64,000 bases of DNA from Stegostoma tigrinum (taxonomy: Eukaryota): contig NC_081359.1 of NCBI RefSeq assembly GCF_030684315.1, forward strand, positions 36,900,470 to 36,964,469, read 5' to 3'. Positions 36,916 to 49,470 of this stretch are shown piece after piece. The notes beneath the pieces are model-generated. The model did no database searches. It saw only the letters and a list, made by a program, of their open reading frames with translations, and was not told the origin of the DNA. A program made the position numbers and the translations under genes. The first letter of the stretch is position 1. Each line of letters opens with the position of its first letter.

Positions 36916-38494
36916 ACAGCACCAGCTAGGAAGATTAAAAGAACTCAACAAGCAGATAGAACCGTCTTTTCCTCTTGTAACTATAAGTTAGAGAATATTA
37001 TATCTCTGATTGTCATGTGTTGCAGTGTTAGGGCAAAAACAAAATAAAAACTGAGGAATAAATTTGAGAAAAGAGACTACTGTTATTCCAAAAGTTTAAA
37101 ACAGCCACTTTACATTCCTTCCCAGACATAAACATTTCCCTCATTAGTGACACTCTATTATTCCTTCCCTTTGTAAGTGTTAGGGTGGCCCATGGTTCTT
37201 CATTAACATAAAATAGCTGTCCTTGGATCTTAGCTAGCAGAAGAATGGCTGATTAAAATTGCTGAAGTGGTAATTTACACAGTCTCAATTTGTCTTTGTA
37301 CTCATGGGAAGCAGTAAAGATATTAAAAGATAATGTCTTATAGAAATCACACAAAGGGATCTTATTAAGAAGAGGCAAAATGCTTCTTCTATCCACTGCT
37401 TGCACTGAGACAGTTTTTACAAGGGAATCACTGATAGCAGTCCTTTTTGCAAGCCAATTTAAATTTTGCCATTTAATGTGTGTGTAAGGGAAAAAAGACT
37501 TCACTCACATTGGTTAAGACCCTTTAGGTAAGCATAATCATTTATACCTAAACATGCGTCATTTTAACTCAGTCATATTGAGGGATTTAATTGGATTCCT
37601 TCAGGGTCAGCTTTAAACACAGATAAGGAAAACCCTTGAAAGAGGCCTCTTTCAATAGTTAGCCCAAAGTATGTTATTTCATAAAAGTCAGAAGATAAGG
37701 CTTTTTCCCACAATAACTAAGACTCTTTTGATAATTGTCACTACTTATAATATAGGCTTATACATATATACTAAAGTTCTAAATGCAATCAACAAACAAA
37801 CATTAAGGATCTTAACAAAATTCCTGTGGACAAACATAACTAGAAAGAAAGTGAAAGCCCCCATCCTGCTGGCAGGGAGGATTGAATAACAGATTCTGAA
37901 CTGAGCAATACTGGAATATGGTTAAATAAGATTCATTGTGAAAACTCAAGCACGGGTGATAAGGACATCTAGTAAACATCATGACACCATGGGAAGATCT
38001 GGAGTTGTCCATCCTTAACCATACAGTCACATGATTTGATGTGAATGTGATCAATTAATAACATGATTGGATTGTAACAGTCAAAAATAGTCTGAAAATG
38101 AATATATAAAAAAATTATCTTCCTTTTGTTTAGTGAAGAAGCTTCTGGACCCCCAGAGGTTTCTTCCTACTGGGAAAACATCAATACTCTCTTTGATGCT
38201 GGAAGTGGACTCCAGGTGTTGAGTGATTCATTTAGTCATTCCACCCCAACAGCAGCATTTGGTATTAATACTTATTGTACAGGATAAGGTGGTTGTCACG
38301 AGATGGTTGGCAAGTAAGAGGGTTATGATGACATAATCTGCAGCTTTGTGAATCAGAATAGATTGTGGAATGAGTGCAAAGTGATGAGACTTATATGGGA
38401 ACATATCATCATCTTTGGCCTAAATCATGATTATGGCCTGTTCTCCTCCATGGAAGTATGTATACAAGTCATATCTGTTCTCTGTTGTTAGAAT

Positions 38495-40255
38495 CCATAA
38501 GGCCATAAGAGCATAAGACATAGGAGTGGAAGTTAGGCCATTCGGCCCATCGACTCCACGCCGCCATTTAAATCATGGCTGATGGGCATTTCAACACCAC
38601 TTCCCTGCACTCTCCCTGTAGCCCTTGATTTCTTGTGAGATCAAGAATTTATGGATTTCACCTCGAAGGCATTTAATGTCCCGGCCTCCACTGCACTCCG
38701 TGGCAATGAATTCCACAAGCCCACCACTCTCTGGCTGAAGAAATGGCTCCTCATGTCCATTTTAAATTTACCCCCTCTAATGCTAAGGCTGTGCGCACGG
38801 GCCCCAGTCTCCCCGCCTAATGGAAGCAACTTCCCAGCATCCACCCTTTCTAAGCCATACATTATCTTGTAAGTTTCTATTAGATCTCCCCTCAACCTTC
38901 TAAACTCTATTGAATACAATCCCAAGATCCTTAGCCTTTCATCGTATGTTAAACCTGCCATTCCAGGGATCATCTGTGTGAATCTGTTGGACTCGCTCCA
39001 GCGCCATTATGTCCTTCCTGAGGTGTGGGGCCCAAAATTGGACACAGTATTCTAAATGGGCCCTAACTAGAGCTTTATAAAGTCCCAGAAGCACATCGTT
39101 GCTTTTATATTCCCAACTTCTTGAGATCAGCGACAACATTACATTCGCTTTCTTAATCATGCTCTCTACCTGCAAAGTAACTTTCAAAGAATCCTGTACC
39201 AACACTCTCAGATCCGTTTGTACTTCTGCTTTACAAATTTTCTCACCGTTTAGAAGATAGTCCATGCCTGCATTCTTTTTTCCAAAGTGCAAAACCTCGC
39301 ATTTGCTCACGTTGAATTTCATCAGCCATTTCCTAGACCACTCTCCTAAACTGTCTAAATCATTCTGCAGCCTCCTAACCTCCTCAGTACTACCTGCCTA
39401 TCTTCGTATCATTGGCAAACTTTGCCAGAATGCCCCCAGTCCCTTCATCCAGATCGTTTATATATTAAGTGAACAGCTGCGGCCCCAACACTGAACCCTG
39501 CGGGACACCACTTGTCACTAGTTGCCATTCTGAAAAAGAGCCTTTTATCCCAACTACCTGCCTTCTATCAGACAGCCAATCCTCAATCCAAATCGCATAC
39601 CTGACTAACTAAATCACCAGCGCAATTCATGACACCCCAACACTCACGGACCAACAATCTTTTATCATCATGACGTAAACCTAACACCCATATGTTTCAT
39701 GTGACTCTCGCACACCTAACACCGTTGTCAGCTTCACAATCAGATCTTAGGACCACACTGCCAACCTTTTATCTCTGGTAGCTATATCACTAAAAAACCT
39801 TGAACACCATGGGCCCTCGCCCTACTCATCAGCCTCCAATGGGGCACCTTATCAAAGGCCTTTTGGAAGTCTAGATAGATAACATTCACTGGGTTTCCCT
39901 GGTCTAACCTACTTGTTACCTCTTCAAAGAATTCTAACAGGTTTATCAGGCACGACTTCCCCTTACTAAATCCATGCTGACTTGTTCTAACCGACCCTGC
40001 ACTTCCAAAAATTTAGAAACCTTATCCTTAACAATGGATTCTAGAATTTTACCAACAACTGAGGTTAGGCTAATTGGACTATAATTTTCCATCTTTTGCC
40101 TTGATCCTTTCTTAAACAAGGGGGTTACAACAGCAATTTTCCAATCATCTGGGACTTTCCCAGACTCCAGTGACTTTTGAAAGATCACAACCAAAGCCTC
40201 CGCTATTTCCTCAGCCACCTCCCTCAGAACTCTAGGATGTAGCCCTTCAGGGTTC
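38495..40255 (-). mobile_element. CR1 LINE, 5'-truncated ORF2 to 3' end, containing a templated insertion
   Basis: ORFs contain GLHPRVLREVAEEIAEAL, WKIAVVTPLFKKG...NYSPISLTSVVGKILE, LEYCVQFWAP and RRLRGDLIETYKI. The tail is (cataaga)n. Confidence 0.93.
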
Positions 40256-40521
40256 TGGGTATTTGCCACTTTGTCCTACAAAGGAGAGGAATGTGAGCCT
40301 GAGGAATGGTTTTTTAATGATATAGCTACCAGAGATAAAAGGTTGGCAGTGTGATCCTAAGATCTGATTGTGAAGCTGACAACGGTGTTAGGTGTGCGAG
40401 AGTCACATGAAACATTTTGGTGTTAGGTTTACGTCATGAATGAAAAAAGATTGTTGGTCTGTGAGTGTTGGGGTGTCATGAATTGCGCTGGTGATTTAGT
40501 TAGTCAGGTATGTGATCTGGA
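39587..40521. repeat. ~213-bp inverted repeat (39587-39799 vs 40308-40521)
   Basis: Direct base-by-base comparison gives about 9 differences over ~213 nt. Confidence 0.92.
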
Positions 40522-41112
40522 AATGCAATCACTGATCTTGACCACACATGCAAGGTCACAACATTTCTTTCAATACTGCTTCTAGATCATCAATGTCACC
40601 TCTAAAAGCATGGATTTATTTACGACATTTTTTAAAAAGATCTATGGACATTGTCTGCATTCAGCTCATTATATGTGTTGATTTTACTATTCTATCACTC
40701 TTCTGCTTCCTTTAATTAATGATTTACCAACTAGGACAGATCCCAGGGGAGTTTTGACATAATGCATGCAGTGTCCTAGTTTTTGCCAAGTTGGATTAGC
40801 TAGTGTCTACATCAAGACCAGAATGATAGACACAATACAAAATCCATTATTACTCATGTCCCCACTGAGTAACTTCCTTTTGACATCCTTTCTGTCTTGA
40901 AAGATACAGATCTTAGCCGAAATACAACAATTTGTAGACAATTAAGTAGAATTGCTTCCATTCAAGACCTTAATAACTGCATTGTTCCCTTAGGGGTTAG
41001 TGAGTATTATGACTAAATGACCACAAATCGTGAATGGGGTTTTCAATATCAGGATTTAGATACCTTGTAAATTCTATCTGCCAGCAAGCAAATAAAATAC
41101 AGTGTTTTAGTT

Positions 41113-43330
41113 GAGACAACACAGTGTGGAGCTGGAGGATCACAGCAAACCAGGTAGCATTAGAGGAGCAGAAAAGTTGACATTTCGGGTTGGGACCCTT
41201 CTCCTGAATTGGGAGGGGGAAGGGAGCTGGGAGGTAAATAGTGGGAAGACGGGTGGAGCTGGGGAAAGGTAGGTGGGATGATAATAGGTGGATGCAGGTA
41301 GGGAGTGGTGAGGATTGGTCACTGTATGAATGGAGTGGATAGTTGGGAGACAAGGTGGATGGAATATGTCTGATCAAGGAAGTGGGAATGAGAGGGAGGT
41401 TTGGACATGGGATGAGGTCAGGGGTAGGGAGATTTTAAAACTGATGAATTCTACATTAAGGCCATCAGGCTGTAGACTCCCGGGGTGAAATATGAGGTGT
41501 TGCTCCTCCAATTTGTGTGTGGCATCTTTGTGGTACTGGAGGATCCCCAGAATGAACATGTCATCAAGGGAGTGGCACATGGAGTTAAAATGGTTGGTGA
41601 CTGGAAAGCATTGTCAATCATCTGTACAGAGCACAGATGCTCCACGAAACTATCCCTGAGTCTGCGCTTGGTCTCACCGATGTGGATGAGGCCACATTGG
41701 GAGCAACAGATACAGTAGACCAGATTGGATGTTGTGCAGATAAACATCTGTCAGAAATGAAAAGCTTTGGAACTTGGATGGAGGGGAGAGATATAGGGGC
41801 AGGTGTAGTGTTTTCTGCAGTTGCAGGGAAAGATGCCGAGTATGGTAGGGTTAGTTGGGTGTGTGGACCAGATGAGGGAGTCATGGAGTGAGCAGTCCCT
41901 ACAAAAAAAGCCAGATAGGGGTGCGGAGGGAAATATCTCCTTGGTCGTGGGGTCAGATTGTAAGTGACGGAGGTGGCGGAGGATGATATGCTGGATGCAT
42001 AGGTTGTTGGAGTGGTTAGTAAAGACCAGCAGGATTCTGTCTTTATTTTTGCTGGGGGAAGGGAGTTTGAGGGCAGAAGTGCGGGAAATGCAAATGATGT
42101 GGTTCAGGGCCTTTTTGATTCGAGGAGGGGAGATGTTGCTGTCCTTGAAATAGGCGTATATCCAGGATATCCAGGAGTGGGACACTTCATCTTGGGAGCA
42201 GATGCAGTTGAGGTGAAAGAATTGGGAATAAGAGATTACATTCTTGCAGGAAGATGGGTAAGAAGAGGTGTAGTCCAGGTAGCTATAGGAGTCGGTGAGC
42301 TTGAAATAGATGTCGGTGTTGAGGTGGCCACCAGAGGTGGAGATTTAGAGGCCCAGGAAGGAGAGCGAGGTATTGGAAATGGTTCAGATGAATTTGAGAT
42401 TGGACCGAAAGGTGTTAGTAAAGTTGGTGAACTGTTCAAACTCCTCATGGGAGCATGAGGCAGCATCAACATAGTCATCAATGTGGTGGAAGAAGAGGTG
42501 AGGAATGGTGCTGGTGTGACAGTGGAAAAGGGACTATTTTACATATCCTACGATGAGGCAGGCGTAGTTTGGACCAATACAGTTGCCCATAGCCACCCCT
42601 TTGGCTTGTAGAAAGTGGGAGGAGTTAAAGGAGAAGTCATTCACTGTAAGGACGAGTTCTATTAAGTGGATGAGGGTGTCAGCGGAGGGGGACTGATTGA
42701 GCCTCTGGGAGAGGAAGAAGCAGAGAGCTTTTAGGCCAGCTGCATGGGGGATACAATTGTGCAGGGATTGGATGTCTGTTGTGAAGATAAGGTTTTGAGG
42801 GCCAAACAATTGCAAGTCTCTGGTCATCAAAAATGCCTTAAAATCTCCCCACCCTTGGCCTCATCCCATGTCCAAATCTTCCTTTCATCCCCACGTTCCT
42901 GAACTGTCTATCTTCTTCCTCACCTATGCGCCCTACCCTGCCCACCAACCAATTCCCACTCATCCCCTACCTGCATCCAACCTCTCACCATCCCACCTAC
43001 CTCTCGCCAGCCCCACCCATCCTCCCTCCCACCACCTTGGCCTGTCACAACCTGTCCATCTTCTCTCACACTTATCTGCGCTACCCTTCCCACTTACCAA
43101 CCCCCACCACTCTCTACTTGCATCCGTCTATCACCATCCTACTTTCCTTTCTGACCTACCCCCCCCGCCATCTCTATTTACTTCCCAGCTCTTCTTTCTC
43201 CCCATTTCTGAAGGGTCACGACCCGAAACATCAACTTTCCTGCCCCTCTGATGCTGCCTGGCCTGCTGTGTTCCTCCATCTCCATCCTGTGTTGCCTCTG
43301 ACTCCAACATTTGCAATTCTTGCTATCTCC
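41113..43330. mobile_element. Older fold-back Penelope-like element (family A-related)
   Basis: Minus arm ~41113-42828 (QAKGVAMGNCIGPNYACL; NLVYCICCSQCGLIHIGETKRRL) plus plus-strand 3' arm ~42837-43330. Degenerate hammerheads near 41179 and 43208. Confidence 0.88.
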
Positions 43331-45553
43331 AATATTTTATCTAAGCCCTTGAACAAGATTTTAGAATATTAAAGTTGTGTATTTTCGACTTAATGGACTT
43401 TGTCAGTGTCATTATACAGCGCGTAGTTAACACTTTCTCAAATGGCAACACAAGCTCTTGAGAATTCAAAGTGAAACAAAACAGCCACTAGGGATATAAT
43501 TTTTTGATCTTTGACAAGCGCAAGGACTGGAGCATGAAGTGAGAAAAATAGAAAATCCTTGTTCTCACAGTTGGAAATAAAAGCATGCTGGGTGCAGTGA
43601 ACCAGTGTTTCTAATGTGCCACGTCTAGCTGCTAGCATTGCATTCTTATAAACATTAGAAAGAATGAGATAAATTAGCTCTCTGAATGTTTACTTTCTTA
43701 ATAAAAACACTTAATGAAATGTTCATTGAAAGAATTTCCAGATGTAGAGACAGAAATTCTCTCACATTTGTCGAAGGTGATTATATTCTCCATCCTCTTG
43801 GACTCTTTATATTAGTTAACTCATTCATTGAACAACGTAACTGTTTTAGCAATGTGGGCTGTACAATGTATCCTATCAAGTTCACATCATATAATTAAAA
43901 TATGCTGCATATAATTGCCACTGTCCCCCCAACCAATGATACTGAATATGCAAGTTAACATATCAACTCCACTCTACTTCTCACAACCTCTGACTAAATC
44001 CTCTCCAGGAGATTGGGAGTTCTTGATGATAAATGTCCTCTTAGCTTACCCATCGATGTTGTGCCGACCTGTGACCTAATCTAAGCCCATCCCCCGACAC
44101 TATCCCATCATTATCCATATGCTTATCCAAGAGAAAGATGGGAACAGATTATGAAACCAGGCAGAACAGCAACAGTTGCAACAGAAGAAAGAGACAAGAA
44201 ACCAAGCTGACAGAAAGTATAGATTTTCAACCTAGAGGTAGCCAACAGGAATCAGGGAAATTTCCTTGGTCAGTTCACCCTGTCTCAGATGAAAGTCTCC
44301 TGAGCATCGTAATTATCATTCCAGGGTGCTGGTGGTGACAGGGTGTGACTGCAAGATACAGCCAATCTTGCTATGCCAAGCTCTCACCATTCAAATCTCC
44401 TCACCCACTCAACAAGCTCCTTTCTCTATTAATGTCAAACTCATACCAAACCATGCTTCTACCAATCCCAGTGGCCTGTCATGTTCATGATGGCAAATCA
44501 TGACTCTCAACTCAACTCTGACATCTTTCATTTCTACTTCAAACCCATATCCCTCAACTTTTACCTCAAATCTTTCATGCCAATTCACTTAGTGTCTGTC
44601 ATGTGCAGATCACATGAACTATTTTTACTATATGTAAAATAAAGCTCAATGTGTTTTTTTACATATATATGTATATGCATACTGGACTTCAACGCATCAA
44701 AAATATTTTTGTTCAATACATTTAGAGTCCCTCAAACACTTAATATCTTTTAAAAATAAGCATTTGTATTTAAAATCAGCTAATTTTTCAATAACTTCTT
44801 GGAGCGGTTACTCAATCAGTGAACCTGCATCTACACCCTCACCTCCATTCTGATAATGACATGTTGGAGAAGCAGTCAATCCACAACGAAATTATCATAA
44901 TAGCCTTTACAGCCAAGTTAGCAAACATCAATTAAAACGAGGAGAAATTATTTATATTTGTCTCACAGACCACAGGCAGGACTTCTAATATTTAGACTGA
45001 AGTGGATTTAAATAGCTTGGCAATTTGACAGTTCTAAATGCTTTATCATTTCATGAGCATATACTGCTCCATAAAGCCATGGAATATTTTGCTTGTGTTA
45101 AGGCCAGGTTGGATCTATTTGCCATGTACACTTCACTTATAACACCCAACTGAATGCTTCATGCCCAGGCTCCTTTCCCTCAACAATGAAAATAATCAGT
45201 GCCAGATACAGTGTAAACATTATATATTTCTTAGTTTTCTACAGTTTTGATTGTAGACTGAAGGGTAAATAACACTGTTTAAAAATCAAGGATGGTAGAA
45301 GGCTAAACTGCACTTTTTAGGAAGAAGGTTACCGACACTTTGTTGCAAGTGTTATTAAGTGCTGTTTGTTCAAGGAGTGGGGAATTTATTATGGATGATT
45401 AGGGGCTACATATGATGGGGGATTCTGTTGACAACGGATAGTTGATTGCTCTGTGGCACGATTGCTAGTAGTCAATTACAGAGACCTTCTGCCCTCTAAT
45501 AACTATCTGATCCACTCCCAGATCGATGAACAACTTGAGTGTCTGAATGATTA

Positions 45554-45681
45554 TTTCTGAAGAAGGGTTTTGACCCAAAATGTTAGCTTTCCTGCTCCTC
45601 TGATGCTGCTTGGCCTGCTGTGTTCATCCAGCTCTACACCTTGTTATCTCAGATTCTCCAGCATCCACAGTTCCTACTATC
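45554..45681 (+). mobile_element. Solo PLE 3'-end unit (hammerhead plus tail)
   Basis: ctgaagaagggttttgacccaaaatgttagc...cctactatc, flanked by the perfect 12-bp TSD tctgaatgatta (45542-45553, 45682-45693). Confidence 0.85.
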
Positions 45682-47989
45682 TCTGAATGATTAGCCAAAT
45701 GCCTTTGGGCCTCCAGAAAGGAAGGTGTTGTCCTTTGTCTGCGGTAAAATCATCTAAATCTTGAAGGAAACAAATCCATTTTAATCTCATTAGTTGCTGT
45801 AAGCTGTGGTGTTTAACCAATGAGTCAGTGACCTTATAGTTTGTGAATGGGTTGCCCTGTGAACCCAGGATTGAAGTGAAAAGCACTTGAAGAGCGAAAG
45901 AGATCAATGAACAGCAAGTCCTGGCAAGCCAAAAAGATCATCTCAGTGAATCCCGTGGACTTGGTCAATTAACTGCCTCCCAGATTTGCTATTCTACCCA
46001 GAGCAACAATGCTTTTGCATCTATCTGTATATTTCTGTATGTGAGCATATGGGGCATTTTGTAAGTGGGTTACAATTTTAACTTGTGCAGTTCTATGTCA
46101 TTATTGCATAGTTTACATGTGTTAGAATCGGTTTATTTGTAATAAATAGTAATCCTTTTAAGTTCAGAAAACTGATTTGTGTCTTCTGTCAACCTGCATC
46201 CAATTTGGTGAATCTTAAATACTTTTTAAAAAAACTTTAAGTTTTGTCACAACTTCAGCATGTGGGGCTTGATTTCCAGTGTGCTACACCAGTGAGGTGT
46301 AACAATGGACTGCCAGTTTTTAAACAGCTAAAGATCTCTCTGATTCCATGAAAATCAAGCCTGGTCTTCCTTTGCTAGATTTCCTCTCGTGCCACATTTA
46401 AGAACTTCTTCTTCTCATCTTCCTGTGCCTTCCAACAGCTTGGACATTGTATATTAGAGAAAGTTTTCCACACTTCACCAGAAGCAGATGCAAGGAGTTC
46501 ATACTTAGTTGCCTCACAAAAATGGCATTCAATCAACATATTGGGTACTAAACCTTCAGATATCTAGTTTAGAACCTCCAGACAAAGTAGGCAATTAACA
46601 TTAGGACCAAACATTGGATGCTAAATCCAAATTTTTAAAGAGAAGTACTTTTACACAATATTTACCACCTGATTTCAAGAGAGAACCTGATAGCTTCAGA
46701 GGGTTAGGGAATGAAAGTATGTGTTAAATTGTGATGAATTCAAGTAAAGAAACGGGATCATTCTTTGTGCAAATCCAACTGTAACAGACAGCCAAACACA
46801 TAATTAATAAACCTTTTTGATGTTCAATTTTACACATTTTTCATTTTTTGTAAACAAAGTAATTGGCTAGAACACAAAGATGGCTGTCAAAATAGGACCC
46901 TGCACTTGCACAATAGACCCAGTAGTATCAGTTCCTCGTGACAGATGTCTCTCAGCAAGAATGTGTCTGTGTGTGTGCAGTCAACATCACTGCATCCTAT
47001 GCGTAATAACATTACTATCCATGCACTTGCCTTACTGAGGTGATATTTCCTTTTGTCCTGGGAGAATGTGACAGAGAATATCTGGGAATGGGGTATAGGC
47101 TGGAAGCAAAGCAAAGGCCAAAATTGAGGGTAAAGCTTACTAAAGTAGCATTGGCCATTGAGAGGTGTTCGCTCCTCATGGTGGGTGAGAGAGATATGGC
47201 AGCTTCACAATCAAAATCTCATGAAATAGGTTACCTTTCCTCTTGGTAGGCTGCTGCATCTGTCACTTACCAGCAGACATACCAATGCTTGGCAGCGTTT
47301 CTGTGCATGCCTCTTCTCATGCCAACCAGAAACAGGGTTTCTATGATAGACAGTGTTTCATTAATTGCTGGCTTTCTATGATAATTTGGTGTTAGAGGCA
47401 TGTTGAACATTAAGTAGCACCTGGATCAGAAGCTTTGGGTTTGGGTTTTTACTCCAAGATTTGGCAGCCGAGGATGTCGCCTTCAAAATATGGTCAATCA
47501 TGTGTATTACCAATCCCCAAAGTCTTACATCACATGGCCATGTCTGGCAGTAAGTTCCATGTGATGGAGAGAGCCTCTACCTTTATTATCCAAAGCTTTT
47601 GTCTATAAAAGTGTGTGTTGCCGCAACAACTTGAACTACCTGAATGGCAACTACATTCTAACATATGGATAATTTTCCCACAGAATCAATTCTTCAACAA
47701 TCTTATGACATTGATCATGAAGGCTGTGTTAATAGAGATCAAAGGTACTACAAAATGGTTATTTTTGATTTATTGATATGGCTGATTACTGTGATGTGGG
47801 CTGCAGATAGAACAAATGCAGGCATGTCAAAGAAGAAGCATTCTGTGAAAGATAAGAATGCTTTCTGCTGTATATTCATATTGATTACAAAAGAAAAGGA
47901 AGTATGTCTGACAAGTTCCCTTGGTGGGAAGTAAATTGATCCCTTATGACCTCTAGTGTATGTTTTAAAAACAGATTAATTTTGAAAGT

Positions 47990-48234
47990 AATGTAGAAAA
48001 TACTGGAGAAACTCAGCAGATCTGACAGCATTTATGGAAAGAGAAACAATTAATATTTTGAATCTGGTATGATTCTTTTACAGAGCTCTTCAAACTCTTC
48101 TAAAGATGCATCGTATTGGACACAACACATTAAGCCTGTTTCTCACTCCCTAAATGTTACCAGACCTGCTGAGTTTCTTCAACAACTTTTGCGCTTGTTT
48201 CAGATTTCCAACATCCGCAGTTTTGTGCTTTTAT
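47990..48234. mobile_element. Old miniature fold-back PLE 3'-end element (family C)
   Basis: ctggagaaactcagcagatctgacagcat (minus arm) mirrors gttaccagacctgctgagtttcttc (plus arm, with tail). Flanks ttaattttgaaagt (47976-47989) / ttaattttgtgagt (48235-48248). Confidence 0.65.
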
Positions 48235-48519
48235 TTAATTTTGTGAGTGTTTGAGCTTAAGTATTACAAGTACTGCTTAGATAATGACTGTTATTGCATT
48301 TCAGACTGAAAACACCCTTGATTTGTGACTCATGACAATGGAGGCATTGTCCATTTTAAGTACATTGTCAAGCCAACCATAAGTTCCTACAGCATGCATT
48401 AATTCTAGGGACACAAACACCTAATAACACAAACACCATGAGCAAAGATGGCACCCTTAAACTATTGGATCTCTTCCTCACAACCCAGTTCACCTTCAAC
48501 TGCAAGGCATTGCTGCTTC

Positions 48520-48785
48520 CATGACCTGTCTGTCTACCCCCCCCCCCCCCCACCACCACTTATTCACCCCTTCCACCTCACTGGCCAATACCCACCACTG
48601 CCTACCTGCACTCATCTATCACCACTTCACCTACCTTCCCCAGCCCCACCCTCGTCTATTTATTTCAAAGGTCCCTTCCCCCTCCCCCATTTCTGAAGCA
48701 GGGTTCCGACTGAAACGTCAGCTTTCCTGCTCCTCTGATGCAGCCTGGTCTACTGTGTTCCTCCAGTTTCACACTGTGCGATGTC
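48520..48785 (+). mobile_element. PLE 3'-end fragment with degenerate hammerhead
   Basis: C-rich 3' region, then ctgaagcagggttccgactgaaacgtcagctttcctgctcctctgatgc. Confidence 0.75.
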
Positions 48786-49129
48786 TTCCTGAAGGTGTGC
48801 TTTACTTTACCTATGAATACAGGCTCACAAATTACCCAAAATTTCTGGAGGAAATGTGGGATTATTCCATGATAAACAATGTTAATTTGAGAAATAATGC
48901 AACCACACCTGGTACATGTTTGTTCAATCTGCTCAAAATGACATCCCTACACAGATGAGCAAATAGGGGTTTTGGTAAGCCTAAGGCTGAGCTAAAGATG
49001 CACCTTCAAGTTTTGTAGGGCACCATTGTCACACTGCCAGAAGGTGTAGTTTGTCAATGCACCCAGGATGATTTAAGTAAGCAGGGTGGACATTACTTTT
49101 CAAAAGAGAAAAGATAATCTAAGCAAAGA

Positions 49130-49470
49130 CTTCATTGAAATGTTACAGAAGCACTTTAATGCTGGTGTCTTAGAAGAGACATTAAACTAAAGACCCACTT
49201 GCTTTTTCAGATGGAAATCAAATTTCATAGAGTATTCTTTGATAAAAGGGAAGGACGTCCTCCAAGTAACTTGGCCAAAACTGACTCCTGAACCAACATC
49301 ACTAAAAATGTAATAATTTATTCTATTGCTGTTATGGGACTTTGTTGTGGGCAATTTGACTGTTACACTTTCCAGTATTCAAGTTGTGATACTGTTTCCA
49401 AATTAGTTTATTGGCTGCAATATTCATCATTTGTATTGCTTTTATGAATATTGCTGTATAAATGCAAGAT
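49130..49470 (+). mobile_element. Deu-core SINE (SacSINE1-like), degenerate
   Basis: gagacattaaactaaagacccacttgc...cagatggaaatcaaa...ttggccaaaactgactcctgaaccaacatcact...tataaatgcaag. Confidence 0.5.

Noticed and set aside
41100-43345. TSD for the older fold-back PLE (cagtgttttagttgag vs caatattttatctaag)
   Set aside because: Only about 11 of 16 positions match in AT-rich sequence. Suggestive, but not counted as established.
48537-48551. Poly-C run
   Set aside because: A simple homopolymer within the C-rich PLE 3' region.
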